DNA of 64,000 nt from Chrysomallon squamiferum (lineage: Eukaryota; Animalia; Mollusca). The translations under genes were made by a program, and so were the position numbers. How positions within the stretch are numbered: position 1 is the stretch's first letter; every line of letters begins with the position of its first letter. The stretch is taken from the NCBI GenBank assembly GCA_012295275.1, contig CM022666.1:12338001-12402000 (forward strand). The letters are read 5' to 3'. Below, one piece after another: positions 11,281 to 25,927 of the stretch. The notes beneath the pieces were generated by a model. It ran no database searches. It saw nothing but the letters and a program-made list of their open reading frames with translations, and was not told the origin of the DNA.

Positions 11281-14200
11281 GACAATGATCATTGATTTCT
11301 GCTTGATGATCCAATCCTCCAGACTGAGAAAGTGTCCAAAATGATTCACGAGCAAATAAACACGTAGGAAAACACATACATGACTAAATTTAAAAGCTAT
11401 CACAAGCATTTGCTTCAAATTCTGAGTGAATGAAGACAATTTCAGATATGATCAATGCAATACTAAACTCGGTTTGTACTTGGGATTTACACAATAGCTA
11501 TAAAGTAGCATGCACTTCAGTACTAGCCTGCTTATGTTAAACTAATGTTTATATAAACTTTCACATCCAAAAACATGTTACTATCTAACAGTAAATCAGA
11601 CATAACTGCATTTGTGATTTGTTAGTATTTTGATCTTTCACTTTCCAGGCATACATCCTAAAATGTGTTGTTAAGAATTAATATCAAATTTGCTTATTGC
11701 TAGTTCAAAATAAATATAATGTGAATAGTTAGATGTACTTGTCATTGAATTTATTTATTTTATTATTAAAACTGATCAGTGGAGACGATTAAAACTAGTT
11801 CAACCGGTCATACTCCATTAACCAAGTGACTATCATCAACTTCTTGTCATCGTCAGTTACCTTCAGAATCACATTCCACACATATCTATGTTATGACGTG
11901 ATAATACTTCCAACTGTATTTCAGGACTTTTTTTTTAATACCTTGGATTGTTTGGAATAAAACAAAATGATGTGTTTCAGTTGTTAACATTGAAAGTGAA
12001 TCAAGATGTGGTGAGCTGATTTTCTAGTATGGATCGAAGCTAACTTCAGCGACTTAACCATTGCACAATCACCTAAAACCTCTCTGAAGTCCAAAATTTA
12101 AACTCATTCCTAAGCAAAATAAAAGACAAGTGTATGAGACTAGTACTGTTGATGTCACAAACCCTTTCAGCAGTAAAACACTGTGACAGAACCTCATTAG
12201 TGCCTCATTGCCAGACGTTTTAATTGTAATTTTGTTTTCTATGTAGTGAATTATATAATATTCACAAAATCCTTATTTTTATATAACCATTTAAAGCAGA
12301 ATGTCTGCTACATTTTATCTTAAATATATTATTATTTTACTGTAAAATGTATTCAGCTATCTTGTATAATCATGTTTATAATTTATATTTTTGCAGTTCT
12401 TAAATGTTTACCTAAAATACACAAAAACTAAATAGCTGAGCATATGCAGATGGACATGGGCTATTTAGAAGTGTTATTATATAATTAGGGAAAGCTCCGT
12501 TATTATATAAACTAAGAAACAATGGGATTTAACAAACTCAAAATGGACATTAAAGTTGCAAAGTAAATTCAGAAATGCTGTCTGCAGGTGTTTACTGGAT
12601 GCCTGCGTGTTGGTTATATGTATTGAGAATGCATTTTAAGCGAGATCTCGTTGATCGGTGCCTGAGGGCTGTCTGCACAAGATAAAGGACAACACAGGCA
12701 ATGGGAATTATGTTTTAATGGGTTTTTTTGTATGTAACATAGATGTTGAGTGACTGAAGATGGCTAAATCTATTACTGTTGTGTTTTTATTGTGTTATTC
12801 TGTGGTAAGTACTTACACTTAAAAACAGAGATAACGCATGTTAATAAATAAAAGATCAGTTAGAAAGATAAAGTAACCAACTGGGTTTAATTAGTATTAT
12901 CTGTCAACGCTATTTGCTTTCATAGTGTATTGTTGAATCGTACGATTTAATTATATGATTTAACTTTATGTAATATATATATATATTGTTCTCTAGTGGA
13001 TACAGAATAGTAATTTAGTAGTTTAAGCTGTCTCAGATAATTTACACCTTGACACATGACGCTGTTATAGTCTGCTACCCTTTAGATGGGACAAGCAAAA
13101 TTTTAGATATTAATAATACCACTGAGACTAGTTACCCTGACAAACATGAAAGAAACTTACTAGGCGAATTGGTCGGTCCACCTGTCAATTTGCTAAATTC
13201 TGTCACTCTTCGATTATCCAAGTCTTTTTTATATATATATCGAATTTGCCTATAAAATGTAATGTGTGCTCGACATCATTTTGTAAACCAAAAAATGTCA
13301 ATCAGTCCGAGATAGCTGTTGTTATATTGGAAATGGTCTCTGCTCAAGTATACTGCAATAAGCATAATTTAAATTTTGAGATATGTATCATCAGAAAGCT
13401 GATTTTGATATGGCCTGTCAGTAACCACTGCCGTGCAGTAAAGTGCAGTTTTAGCAGATCAGCCTGAATCGCGTGTTCTGCTGGAAGCATTTAAAATGTT
13501 GTGGATTTTGAATATGGGTTACAATTCACGGAATAACTTTTGATCAAACACACAATACACAATACAAGGTCATACATTATCTTTATTTCTATGCAACTCA
13601 TAAAGTTTCAGGTTGATTCTAAGCCAAGCTGAAAGAGGTTAAAAACCACTGATCCTGCACATTTACAGGCAGAACTATAAATGTCTGACACACACACACA
13701 CACACAAACAAACAGCAGCTCCACCATCAACAACAAAAGAAGCTAAATAATGTATGTGTCTCTCAACTGTGATTTAGGGAATATCATCAATACAGTTAGT
13801 AAGGCAATGAAAATACATGACTATTTAGGTTAATATCTCTTGTGAAATTCAAATAAACTGGTTGTAACGTCTATCGTAAATATGCAATATCTACTTTGCA
13901 TATTTTAATTTGTTTTTAAATCATAACAGTTACTATGTCAAAAGCTCTGGCTGAAAAAGGAAACAGATAAATATCGTAGAGAGTCTGTTTCTGTGATCCA
14001 TGAATCAATTTCTATTCTCAAACAAATTCTGTACAGATTCAAGAAAAAAGTTTGTTCTTCATTTTTTTTTAGGTGTTTTTTTTAGGTGTCTCTTAAATAT
14101 TTTCTGTCACAAATACTAATTATATGAAAAAATTACATTATTTAGGCTACATCAAAACTAAACATTAGCGATAAACAATTTATGTTGTTTAAATTATCAA

Positions 14201-16021
14201 AAAGTAAGTTTTACACACAAAATTAGTATTGGTTTTATTTATTCACAGAACAGTAATTTGTGAATAATTAGTCTATGAGTGGATAACCTGTATGATCAAA
14301 TTTCTAACTCAGAAATAACCAATTCAGAATGGTTACTGAATAAGTGACATTCAATTCTGAACTATTTATAATTTTTTAATTTACAATTCATTAATAATAA
14401 ACTGTATAATTAGAGTAGATATAATAATAATTGTATATAAGAAATAATAACCATTCATAATTTGAGAAAACAATTGCAATAGAAAAATGATTATTATTTC
14501 ATGTCTGTAATTGTTAGACTGACAGTCCTGATAATGTTTGAACCACAATCAAAAAAAAAATTATAATAATAAAAAAAATTATATATTCCCTTTAAAGTTA
14601 TAGAAAGAGTAAAGGACAAGAAATGAATCAATAAAAACAACAAACAAACAAACAAACAAAAAACAACAAAAAAAAACACCTACCGGAATCACAAAACAAC
14701 ACTGAATCTACGGAGATGATTCATAGCTATATTTAGAAAACTGTACAGAATATATCTCTTTTTTCATGACCTTTAATGTTTTGTGTTGTTTGTTTACTTT
14801 CTTAATACAAATTTGTGAGCAGTATGAAAAAAAAAAAAAAAAATCCGTTTAATACTTATGACAGTAAAATTTTACCCTTTATATCGAAGACTACAGCTCA
14901 GTAAAGAATATATAGCAAGGTACCAAAGAACAAATCGGTTGTTGGTGGTAAGAACAAGTGCTTGTACCAGACGACCCACATAATCGTCTGCCAAAAGTCA
15001 CTACGTGCCGACAGTGATGTTCGGTGTTCCCTTTAAATTACGTTGGGTATAATCAAGCTTTGTTGGAAAGAGAATATAAGTTGAAAATTTAAATGGAAGT
15101 CAGTTTTAGTTAATGTTGGTAAAAAAGAAACAAACCCAAAGACTTACCAAGAAAATGAGAGAACTCTGTATTTTAATTCTTCTCGTCCAAATGATTCGTC
15201 GTAAAGATGTAGTTAATATTTAACGGGTCAGACAATGCGTGGACAAATCAGAGTTATTTCCCTTTTAATATATTTCTTTTAGCATGAGACCAGAAAATAT
15301 TATTTGTTTAGGGGTTATGTCAAAAGAGGAATAATTATAATAATTAAATACTTGACACTTTTCCGTTAGTGTGCAAATTTAAAAAAAATAAAAAATATTC
15401 ATTTCCTATTAAGCTAGGCCATTTAATCTCAGTACCATCATTATATTAATCAGTCTACCTAGCAAGATTATTATGAATGAAACCTTTCAGAACCATAATT
15501 AAATCGTTTTACAAATTAAAATAAAATAAATATGACATAATGAAATTTGCAAATGATAAAAATTGTATTATAAATTAATATAAATCAGTGAAATTCAATT
15601 TCCTACCATAGCAGTTCATAGCATCGGTAGCCGTTTTTCTTCGTCCATTGTGTCAACAAGTTAACTTAACAAACTGAAAAGAGCACACATCATATTCCTT
15701 TTACAAAATACATTAACTGTAAGGTATCTACGTTCACATATTCATATACTTATTTAGTAAATTAAATCTTTGCCACTAATAATATTAATGTTAAGATATT
15801 TGATTTGTTAAAAATTCATTCAATCAAAAATATAAATAAAATAAAATAATAATAAAAAAAACAACAACAAAAAACAAACAATGAAATAAAAACAACAAAC
15901 AAAAATATCCAAGTTGTAAAAAAAATTATATTTATTAAATTTAAAAACAAAACATAAACATGAAAATTAATCAAATTTGTTTTGAACACTTTTGTAACAT
16001 AATAATCCTCTTTTTTGTCGC

Positions 16022-16055
<34 letters not shown>

Positions 16056-16879
16056 CGTTTTATTTTCATATCAAAAGAAAACGAATATGCTAGTTAAATA
16101 TGTTTAAAACTATTTGTGCAGCTTATCCAATAGATAATCCATCTCCAAATGACTTTTCCTCCAACTGAGCCAAGTCAATTTTTCTTTCCATTTCCATAAT
16201 ATCTTTATGGAGGTTGAAATTTTTCTTAAACAGCTGATACAGTTCATCTGACTGAAGAATTATATCATGCTGTAAATTCTCAAACTGTAATAAATATGAA
16301 ATACATCGTCCATTACGAACATAATGAAAGCTTGTTTTACAACATTTTTATAAAGTTGTTATTTATTTATTTACTTATTTATTTAAAATAATGTTAATTT
16401 AATTTCATTAATTTTAATTTATTACGTTTTGTTTTGTGTTATTTTATTTTGTTTTAAAAGGCAGGTTGTTTAGTAACACAAAGGAAAAACAGGCTTATTA
16501 GTTTTACCTTTAAAGTTTTGTATGCTGTCCCCTTTTCAAACGCACGCAGTTGCTCCTCCTCCACATGAAGCGTTTGAAGATCTAGAATCATTTCTAAATA
16601 AATAAATTTAAAAATAAAAGACACAGTGAAGTTTACAGTCTGATATAAATATTAAATTATATACAAATAACATACGAGAGAACGAAAAAGCAAGTGAAAA
16701 TAATAACGATAACAACAGTAATTTATTATTATTATTATTATTATTATTACAATGCAAAATTTGTCTTGAAAACTCTTGAATGTTTTTCACAAATAAAAAA
16801 ATATGATACTTTAAAAAGAAAGTGAAATAATAATAATAATAAAAAATAATAATAATAAGATAAATAAGAAAATTAATTG

Positions 16880-16927
<48 letters not shown>

Positions 16928-17154
16928 ATTGCAGCAATATCAAAAAAAAAGAATCTACTCGCTGTATGAATTACAAACAAACGTAATATGTTATTAAGTC
17001 ATATCATACCTACCTTCATCATTAGACCCCCATCGAATTATTTCATTTCTTGTGTCTGTCAGAGATGTTTTCAGATTTTCCATTTCTTTGTTATGGGCAG
17101 CCTCTTTTTAAATCATGAAATTCCTGCATTACAATCAAAATAGTGTACATGTGT

Positions 17155-17261
<107 letters not shown>

Positions 17262-17483
17262 TCACTCCATATTTGTATTATTATTATTATTATTAAGACA
17301 AAAAATATTACAATTTATTTGACGGGAACAAATAGTCTGCAGTAAAATCTGTCTGTAGCCCTCATCACAAAACGTCTATTACACATTGCATTGTAAACAA
17401 TTAAATAGGTTTTTGACTTGCTGCATTCATTCTATTTCAGCTTTTACTCAGAACGTAATTAATTCAATTTGTATACTCAGTTA

Positions 17484-17770
17484 ATAAATTTAATACTGGA
17501 GTTATTTCCCTTGTTCCTCTAGCCTCGCTCTCTGAAGTTTTACCTTTTCTCAAAGGAAAACGGCAACACTTACATCAATCAATAACCAAAGATTTTCCAC
17601 ATCAGAGAGATGATCTAAAGTCGAATTAAGCTCAAGAGCAAGCTCTTCTATTTGGCTATTGGTTCTCCCTAAAACATATATTATATTATATTATATTATA
17701 TTATATATTTATTACACAATATTAAACAAATTTTAAGTCTAACAGTTTTATAATTTAGACAACGAATACG
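17484..17770 (+). repeat. Dispersed, diverged copy of part of the satellite monomer
   Basis: taatactggagttatttcccttgttcctctagcctcg...tcaagagcaagctcttctatttggctatt...(atatt)n...tttataatttagac matches the units at 33.5-48.2 kb. Confidence 0.85.
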
Positions 17771-18232
17771 GTACTTGTGAGCGTGTTCAAAACGCGGTTC
17801 TCTTGGGGAAAGAAAATAGACACGCCGTTCACATCCAGCCCTTTAATCTAATCTAAAAACAATTTGTATGTTCCAACTAATAAACTAAAATAGTTCATCT
17901 TGCGTGTGTCACTATACACATATTGATACACGGATTCCAATAAAATGATTTAAATGCTGAAAACGGTATAAACTATAAATACGAACCAATATGTTGTTCT
18001 TGCTCTGAAAACGAAGTTTTTCGCGATTTCTTGGCAATTCGCGGTTTTCGGATGAATGACTTCGCACCATCCAAATCATAGTTTTCCAGTGCAGAAGCAC
18101 TTACATCATGTCCCACCATTTCTGAGTCGATATTCGAATCAGCCATTGCTTAAGAACTTTACATTTGAAAAAAATAAAGCGTCTACTTATGTTGACGTTT
18201 TTTAATTATTATTATTTGTTTAAACAATGCGA

Positions 18233-18240
18233 TGACGTCA
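18233..18240. promoter_or_regulatory. Palindromic CRE (TGACGTCA) upstream of the small gene's exon 1
   Basis: Perfect CRE ~90 bp upstream of the ATG; the same context (taaacaatgcgatgacgtca) recurs at 48686-48693 in the paralogous copy. Confidence 0.4.
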
Positions 18241-18559
18241 CTATTTTCGGTGGGCAAACCATTGGTCTGAAACAAAGGAATAACAACAACAAAAAAAATA
18301 AAATTCATTTTCTCTGACACATACACGGACACATATACACATGCAGACACACATACACACTCATATGCAGGGCACAGACAAACAGGAACACCGTAAGTTG
18401 TCAAAAAGTTGTAAAATTTTATGTATTGAATAATCCATTATTTGAAAGATAATTAACTATTTGTATGTACAGTGTAAATTATTATTATTTTTTTTTCTAA
18501 ACTTCTTTTGGAACTTACTACACATGTATTTATGTTAAAAATCGTCATCAGTAATGGAT

Positions 18560-19190
18560 TTAATAGATTGGATAATCGCGTTTATCGAGCAGAATAACAT
18601 AATCAACAATAAAATGACAGTAACAAAAGCAACATTATAAAACTATTAGACTCGAATTTAGTTAATAATTATGTAATAATATCATCTCTGATGTGGAAAA
18701 TCTTTGGTTATTGTTTGATGAAAGAATTTCGTTTTTCCAGAGAACGAGGCTAGAAGAACAAGGGATATAACTCCAGTATAAATTTGTGTCTGTAAACGAT
18801 GTATTTATTTTGAAGTTGAACAATATATAACCATTATGGAAACTAAACATAGAGCTTTATCGTCGTCTAAATTATAAAACCATTAGACTCGAATTTTGTT
18901 AAATTTTATGTAATACTATACTATACTATACTATACTATACTAATAATATAATATAATATAATATAATATAATATAATATAATATAATATAATATAATAT
19001 ATGTTTTACGGAGAACTAATAGCCAAATAGAAGAGCTTACACTTGAGCCTAATTCGGCTTTGGATCATCTCTCTGATGTAGAAAATCTTTGGTTATTGAC
19101 TGATGTAAGTTTTATCATCTTTCTTTGACAAAAGCTAAAACTCCAGAGAGCGAGGCTAGACGAACAAGGGAAATAACTCCAGTATCAACA
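18560..19190 (-). repeat. Inverted, diverged ~1.5 copies of the satellite monomer
   Basis: cgaggctagacgaacaagggaaataactccagta, tagccaaatagaagagctt, (aatat)n and agagctttatcgtcgtctaaattataaaa are reverse complements of monomer segments. Confidence 0.85.
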
Positions 19191-19358
19191 TTTCCGACGA
19201 AAATCAACTGAAAGTGAATGCGAGATGCTGGCGTTGCACGAGGAAAAACGACTCGGCACACAAACTGCTTATTGATGTTTGCTTGGATGAGTATATTTAA
19301 ACTGATAATGCAAAGAAAAAGAAAATAACAAACTAGAATGTAACAAACGACACACGTG

Positions 19359-19436
<78 letters not shown>

Positions 19437-19627
19437 TTTCATCGAAACTTTGTATTCTACTTTCGTACAAAACTTTAGCTTTTAGCATTTTATATACGTT
19501 TTAACGCATATTCGCTTGTTACTCGTTAATCGCTAACAACTTATAATTATGTGGCTCATTCAGAACATTTTTTTTTTTTTTTTTGTAACAACTTATTTCA
19601 AACAATATTAAATATATTTTGAACACA

Positions 19628-19658
<31 letters not shown>

Positions 19659-19795
19659 AGAAACAAACAACAAAACAAAAGAAAGTATTGTAGATTTTAA
19701 GTCCAGATGGAAGTTGACCCCATTGATCTTATACCACAAGTTACAGTTTTATCCACTTTATTTATGCAGTAGCAAATTCATATATGTTTATTTAT

Positions 19796-19846
<51 letters not shown>

Positions 19847-19998
19847 TGCAGTGATTTCAAGTTTTTGTAAGTCTGAGTAATTTTCACTTCTGCCGCCAAT
19901 TGACCTGTCGATCATCGACGGAAGCCAGCGAGCTCGGACTACCAGTCATTGTCTATATGTTTTTTATTTTTTTTTTTTATTATTATTGTCCTAGATGA

Positions 19999-22931
19999 AC
20001 TTATGGGTCCATGCCACAGCTCATTTCAATATCTTCTTCAGTCCAAGGACAGTCAGATGCCCATGCGAGTGACTTGCAGAACTCGAACACTCCTCTTAAC
20101 TTCAGCTGTTTTGCCTCTATAGGATCGTGGACACGAGCCTGGAAATAATCCAGGCCCGCTCTCTGGTTTATCCCTCAACACTATAGAGAATAGATTATAG
20201 TAGTAGTAGTATAGTTCTAGCAGTAGGAGTAGTAGTAGAAATAGTGATAGCAGTAGTTGAAGAAGTAGCAGTAGAGTCTGTACTAACAGTGGTAGTGGTA
20301 GTGGGAGTAGTAATAGCAGGAGTAGCAATTGTAGTGGTAGTGGTAGTACTAATAATAGTATTGGTAGCAGTTTGAAAGTATATAGAACATATTTAGAATA
20401 TTTCTCTTGTTAATATAAGTGTCAACTCACGGCTACATTCACCGGCGTTTGGAGGACTCCAACTAAACTTTAGATATGGACATTTTACCATGGCTAACAG
20501 ACCTATGTCCGTATGTTGCATGTCATATTGGTGGTTCTAGAAGTAGTAGTAGAAATAAGTAAGTAGCAGCAGAAGCTAAAGTAGTAAGGGAGGTAGTAGT
20601 AGTAGTAGTAGATATAGTGATAGCAGTAGTTGAAGACGCAGCAGTGGAGGCTGCATTAGTAGTGGTGGTGGTAGTGGTAATAGTAATAATAGTTTTGGTA
20701 GCAGTTTGAAAGCACACAGAATGTATTTGTATTATTTCTCTTGTGACTACACTTTAAGTGTCAACTCACGACTACAATCACCGATCTCTTGAGGATTCCA
20801 AAAATATTTTAGATATGGACATTTGACCAGACCTAACGGACCGATGTCCCATTGTTGCATGTCATATTGGTGGTTGCAGAAAGCCATGCATACTGTCTTC
20901 GCGAGACATACCAGAGCTCCATTGTGTGGTGCTGGAAGGGGATCGCACTTAGGTTCTGAAATAAATATTAGTGTGTATATTAGTGTGTATGCATACATAC
21001 ATTCATGTATATATAATTGTAATCGGACAACAGAATAGTCATTCCTAAATATATATATATATATATGCACAAAACAGTCTGGCACCAGACCTGTATACAT
21101 ACATACAAAATATCTCTTTAGAATTATGTATTAACACTGATAAAGTAGAGATAGGCATTCACAATTTGTAATGGAAAAATATCTGTTTTTAATATATGTA
21201 CCTGGACATTCAGGGTTTTCCAGTCCATTCAACACCCATTCAAGTTTACGATCTTTCTTAGTACCTTTGTTAACACATTCTGCATACGTGGAGCCGACCA
21301 AAGGATACAATTCAAAGCAGCGCATGGTACAGTGTGAGCCAATGACGTATTTCATTTCACAAATAAACATCAATGATAGACGTAAGAAATTTAGGTTTGC
21401 TGCACTGCACCAGATATGAGATAAATATAAATGAGTGAATGAATAAATAACCTACAAAAGCATCAACAATAACAAGATAATAATGATTATTGTAATGATG
21501 ATGTTGATGATGATGACAGTAATAAATGTGAACGGTTATTATAGAGGTAAACATTCGTTGAATTTGTGGACTAGAAACACTATGAACTACTCTTGTCCTT
21601 TAGCAACAGTATATACACCTTCTCAGTGTCAGCATAATACAAAAAATGTCTAATTTAGTCCAGGTTTGACGGTTTCGTCGACCTATATCCTAATGATGTA
21701 TTATGAAGATGATGATCACGACGAGGATGATGATGATGTAATGATGATAACAATTTCAGATATGATCAATGCAATACTGAACTCGGTTTGTACTTGGGAT
21801 TTACACTTCAGTACTAGCCTGCTTATGTTAAACTAATGTTTATATAAACTTTCACATCCAAAAACATGTTACTATCTAACACTAAATCAGACGTAACTGC
21901 ACTAGTGATTTGTTGATGATGATGACGTTGCTGGTAATAGCAGTGTGATGATAATGATGATGTAATGACAATAATAACCAACATGATGGTGATGGTGATA
22001 TTCGTATGATTACTAATGTGATGATGACGATAATTTATAAATGATATGAATTACTGTCTTCTAATCTCTATCATTAATTCATTAATATCATTATTCGTAC
22101 TAAACCAAATTTTACACCTTATCTCTTAAATTCAGAGACAGCAGATAACAAGTCATAGCAATCATACTTACAGTGGATTATTACAAAGAATCTACAAGTA
22201 ATAGAGTTTCCACTCAAATCTTTCGCACGGTACACGATTGTTGTAGTTCCAGAAGATTTCGAACCAGAAGGGGGTCCCTCTGTTTGACTTAGTGTAATGT
22301 CGTTTGAGTTTGTGTCAATCTTTATTTCTGGCCAAGAAACCACTGCCGAAAAGCTTTTGTCTTCATTTTCTGCAGTAAGATTCTTCTCTGGGCAGTTTAT
22401 AAATGACAGTCGAATTCCTGATATATATTAAATAAACATATTATATAATCAGGAATAATATATATATGGACCGACAGTATTATATTTTTCTTACTTGTTA
22501 TTAAAGACGGTAGATCGCCCAAACAATCCAGTTATACCTAAGCATCACAAAAGATATATTTAATGATATACTTTTTGCCTATCTCACTCATAAACAGCTT
22601 CACTTAAAACATTCCACTGATATTTGTGTATATAAATTATTTGCAAATGCTTAAAGTGTTCATGTAGCGGTTATTTATTTATTAGTTTTGGGATGACCTG
22701 TCACCTTTAAGTATGATATTAACAGTAATGATTAAAGGAAACTCTGAATGTGATCATATCAATGAATACGGAAACAACATTCTAAACTTAATCATTTCGT
22801 TATTCTTTCGACTGATGACCAAAAAGATAAATAAATAAATAAATAAATAAATACTAATAACAACAAGAAGAACACAAGGTCAGTAACAAACAAAACCACC
22901 ACCAACAACAACAACAACAATGATGATGATG

Positions 22932-23003
<72 letters not shown>

Positions 23004-23712
23004 GAAAGAAAAAAAGAAAGAAAGAAAAAAAAATGAAAATAAATAAAATAAATAAAATAAAATAAAATAAAATATAAGTATATTACCGCTAATAATGATT
23101 GTGAAGTTGCAGAAGAGAATTTCATTCAGTTCACTGTCAGCCATGTATTTAAATGTCACTGTGCCGACTCCCATTAACGTTCCTGGTTTCGGTCCTTCAA
23201 CTTGAGTAAGAGTTATACTTCCCACGTCAGCTCTGGCCTGCACATCCGGCCACGTAACACGAACCTTTTGGCCATGAATCGTTCTCATTCTAATAGTTCG
23301 TTCAGGACACTTTTCAAAACGGATCTTCGACAATCCTGAATGATGACGTTACGGACATATTAGAACATTACGAGATTCGCAGCAAATGAAATTAAACTCA
23401 GAGCTGTACGAAACATCAATCATTGTATACTCTACGTCAGTAAGTTATATTGTCTTCAAGTTCACTATAGGTTTACTTCATACCTACCTGCACACGTGGG
23501 TTCACTCTGTCTTTCGCCACGACTCCAGAATGCTGTTGGTCGTTGAGGTATCCGACTTTTTACTTCCATTCTTCGACACTGAATATGATCGGCTCCATTC
23601 AGTTTGAAATGGAATTTGCATGTGAGGTCGCACCAGCACCCCACAGTGTAACCATCACGACAACGTATTATAACAAACCTATCATTAAACTTTGGTCTGT
23701 TGCAGTATAGTG
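19999..23712 (-). pseudogene. HYR/sushi gene copy A, 5'-truncated pseudogene (exons 7-12 only)
   Basis: Exons 23712-23488 (sushi), 23335-23087 (HYR), 22417-22172 (HYR), ~21412-21201 (sushi; acceptor AG lost and +1 insertion), ~20955-20770 (sushi-like), ~20180-19999 (terminal exon; extra C in TGTCCACGAT causes a frameshift). A partial duplicate of exon 11 sits at ~20400-20535. No minus-strand exons 1-6. Confidence 0.85.
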
Positions 23713-23716
23713 CTGA

Positions 23717-23793
<77 letters not shown>

Positions 23794-23974
23794 AACAACG
23801 ACAATAACAATGACGATAATAATAATAATAGTAAACTCGAAATTCACTGAAGCAAAAGAAACATAAAAAATTCAATGCTTTCTGGCTTGTTTTAAATTCT
23901 TTTTCCTCTTTAAATATCGCATTTTAAATATCGTTTTTATTTTGTAAAATTGAAATATTTTTCATATATATTTA

Positions 23975-24044
23975 GCCAGGTGTGCCGCTATTTTTCCATG
24001 TGTTCCAAGGTGTGCAGTTGGCCAAAAAAGGTTGAGAACCACTG
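23975..24044. mobile_element. Terminus of a hAT (Charlie-like) DNA transposon or MITE
   Basis: aaaaaggttgagaaccactg at 24025-24044 is the reverse complement of CAGTGGTTCTCAACCTTTTT, a typical hAT-Charlie terminal inverted repeat. No partner end was found. Confidence 0.55.
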
Positions 24045-24898
24045 CACTAAGGTATTCTGTGTTTCTTAAAACAATTATACAAAGTAGCAGCTATATCATG
24101 TTATCTGCTACTATCTAAGAAAAGAAAATGGCCGCTGCATGGGTACCTGGGATAGATCGTTTCCGCACAAACCCGCAATTACAACTCTATCAGAATAATT
24201 AATTCCATTCAAAACAAATAAAAGACAGAGAATCCAACCTTTGTTAACTTTTACATGTGACCTTTAAGTATGAAGAAATTAATTAAAATTAAATTATTTT
24301 CCATTTTAATATTTTATTTTATTTAATAATGGTATTAAAAAGACATAGGAAGAATATTAACAAAGAAAATAATCGTCTTTTAAGATTAAAATAAATTAAT
24401 ATAAACAGAAATTAAAATGTCTTTGAAAATAATTGTAATTAATTCGGTTTAATTACATCGTAAAAATAAATTAAACGCAATCTTACTGTTTATATTTTAT
24501 AAACATTTATAATCATTTTAGTGTTATATAATTAATTAATTAAAGTTTAATTTTCTTCAAGTCGATATATTTTCTTATACCCTATCCTTAACACTAAAAT
24601 TAAAATTTATATTACACTTATAAAAATTCTCATTTTCATAAATGTTATTATATTAAAGTTAATTTAACGACGTTTCATAGCAATAAACGACGGATTTTAC
24701 ATGTAAATGTTTTTATACACTAATTAAAATTTCAGTATAGAGTTTCGAATACTGCGTCTTTCCTTATTAAAAAGATACTTTATAAACTGTGGTGTGTACG
24801 ACATGTATAACATAAACTGCAAGAGACTCCACACCAAGAAACATATTTGGTGGTACTCCAGTGTCTGGAGTCTGTTCGGAGAAAATCTCCGTGGAACA

Positions 24899-25125
24899 AT
24901 GGCAGAGGTTTGTATCATTATTAAATTTTCATTCAAAACATTAAAGCTTATTCTTCTTTTATCATCGAATGAATTGATAAAATTAAACCGTACTTGTATT
25001 ATGTTTTATCTGTAGGTATTTGGAAAATCTGCTGTATTTGCTATCATCAATTTACTTTGTCTAACGTTATCATCGAATGTCACAGTAAACACTGATTGTA
25101 AGCGATGTGGAACAAACGAAACGAC
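24899..25125 (+). CDS. Extra copy of exons 1-2 (signal peptide) of the HYR/sushi gene, just before an assembly gap
   Basis: ATGGCAGAG|gt (24899-24907) and ag|25016-25125|gt encode MAEVFGKSAVFAIINLLCLTLSSNVTVNTDCKRCGTNET. Region ~24275-25367 is nearly the reverse complement of ~56358-57450. Confidence 0.7.
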
Positions 25126-25367
25126 GTGAGTATTATGTTGAATATAACAATTCTTTACTGAGTATTTAGTGCTTCGTTCATAATGATTATAAATATTATT
25201 TTTACAAAATATTTGGTAACAGCTATTACACTCGTTTACTGGTTTCGTAACGTCCACGTGTACAGTGTCTATTGAAAGTTATATTTTTCTGACAACACTA
25301 GAAGAAACTGTTGAGCAAACCACTCCGCCTGTATGACTTCATCTCATTACTATAGAACAATGCAAGC

Positions 25368-25567
25368 NNNNNNNNNNNNNNNNNNNNNNNNNNNNNNNNN
25401 NNNNNNNNNNNNNNNNNNNNNNNNNNNNNNNNNNNNNNNNNNNNNNNNNNNNNNNNNNNNNNNNNNNNNNNNNNNNNNNNNNNNNNNNNNNNNNNNNNNN
25501 NNNNNNNNNNNNNNNNNNNNNNNNNNNNNNNNNNNNNNNNNNNNNNNNNNNNNNNNNNNNNNNNNNN
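25368..25567. other. Assembly gap (200 N)
   Basis: Run of N. Confidence 1.
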
Positions 25568-25927
25568 TTAATTGTCTTTGGATATAAAATAAATTAATAT
25601 AAATATTAATTAAAGTGCCTTTGAAAATAACTGTAATTAATTCGGTTAAATTGCATCGTAAAAAGAAATAAAACAATCTTTTATTTATATTACACTTATT
25701 AAAATTCTCATTTTCATAGATATTATACTAAAGTTAATTTAACGATGCCGCTTAGCAATAAAAGATATTCTTTTTACGTCTGAATGTTTTTATAGACTAA
25801 TTTAAATTTCAGAATAGAGTTTTAAATATTCCGCCTTTCGTTATTACAAAGATATCTTATAACATAAAGAAACATTTAAAGGTAGTGCAGTGCTTGGAGA
25901 CTGTTCATTGAAAATATCTGTGGAACA

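Noticed and set aside
9100-15100. Short ORFs and a possible repeat remnant near 13000-13750
   Set aside because: No recognisable protein motifs, consistent exon chain or element ends could be supported by eye.
21380-21415. Cryptic acceptor (gtgcagtgcag|CAAACC) that would restore the frame of exon 10 in copy A
   Set aside because: It would remove the first sushi cysteine, and copy A still lacks exons 1-6 and has a terminal-exon frameshift.
24724-25257. Conserved ORFs MNENLIMIQ.. and MDVTKPVNE.. (repeated at 56463-56996)
   Set aside because: They are antisense to exons 1-2 and are conserved only because the DNA was recently duplicated.
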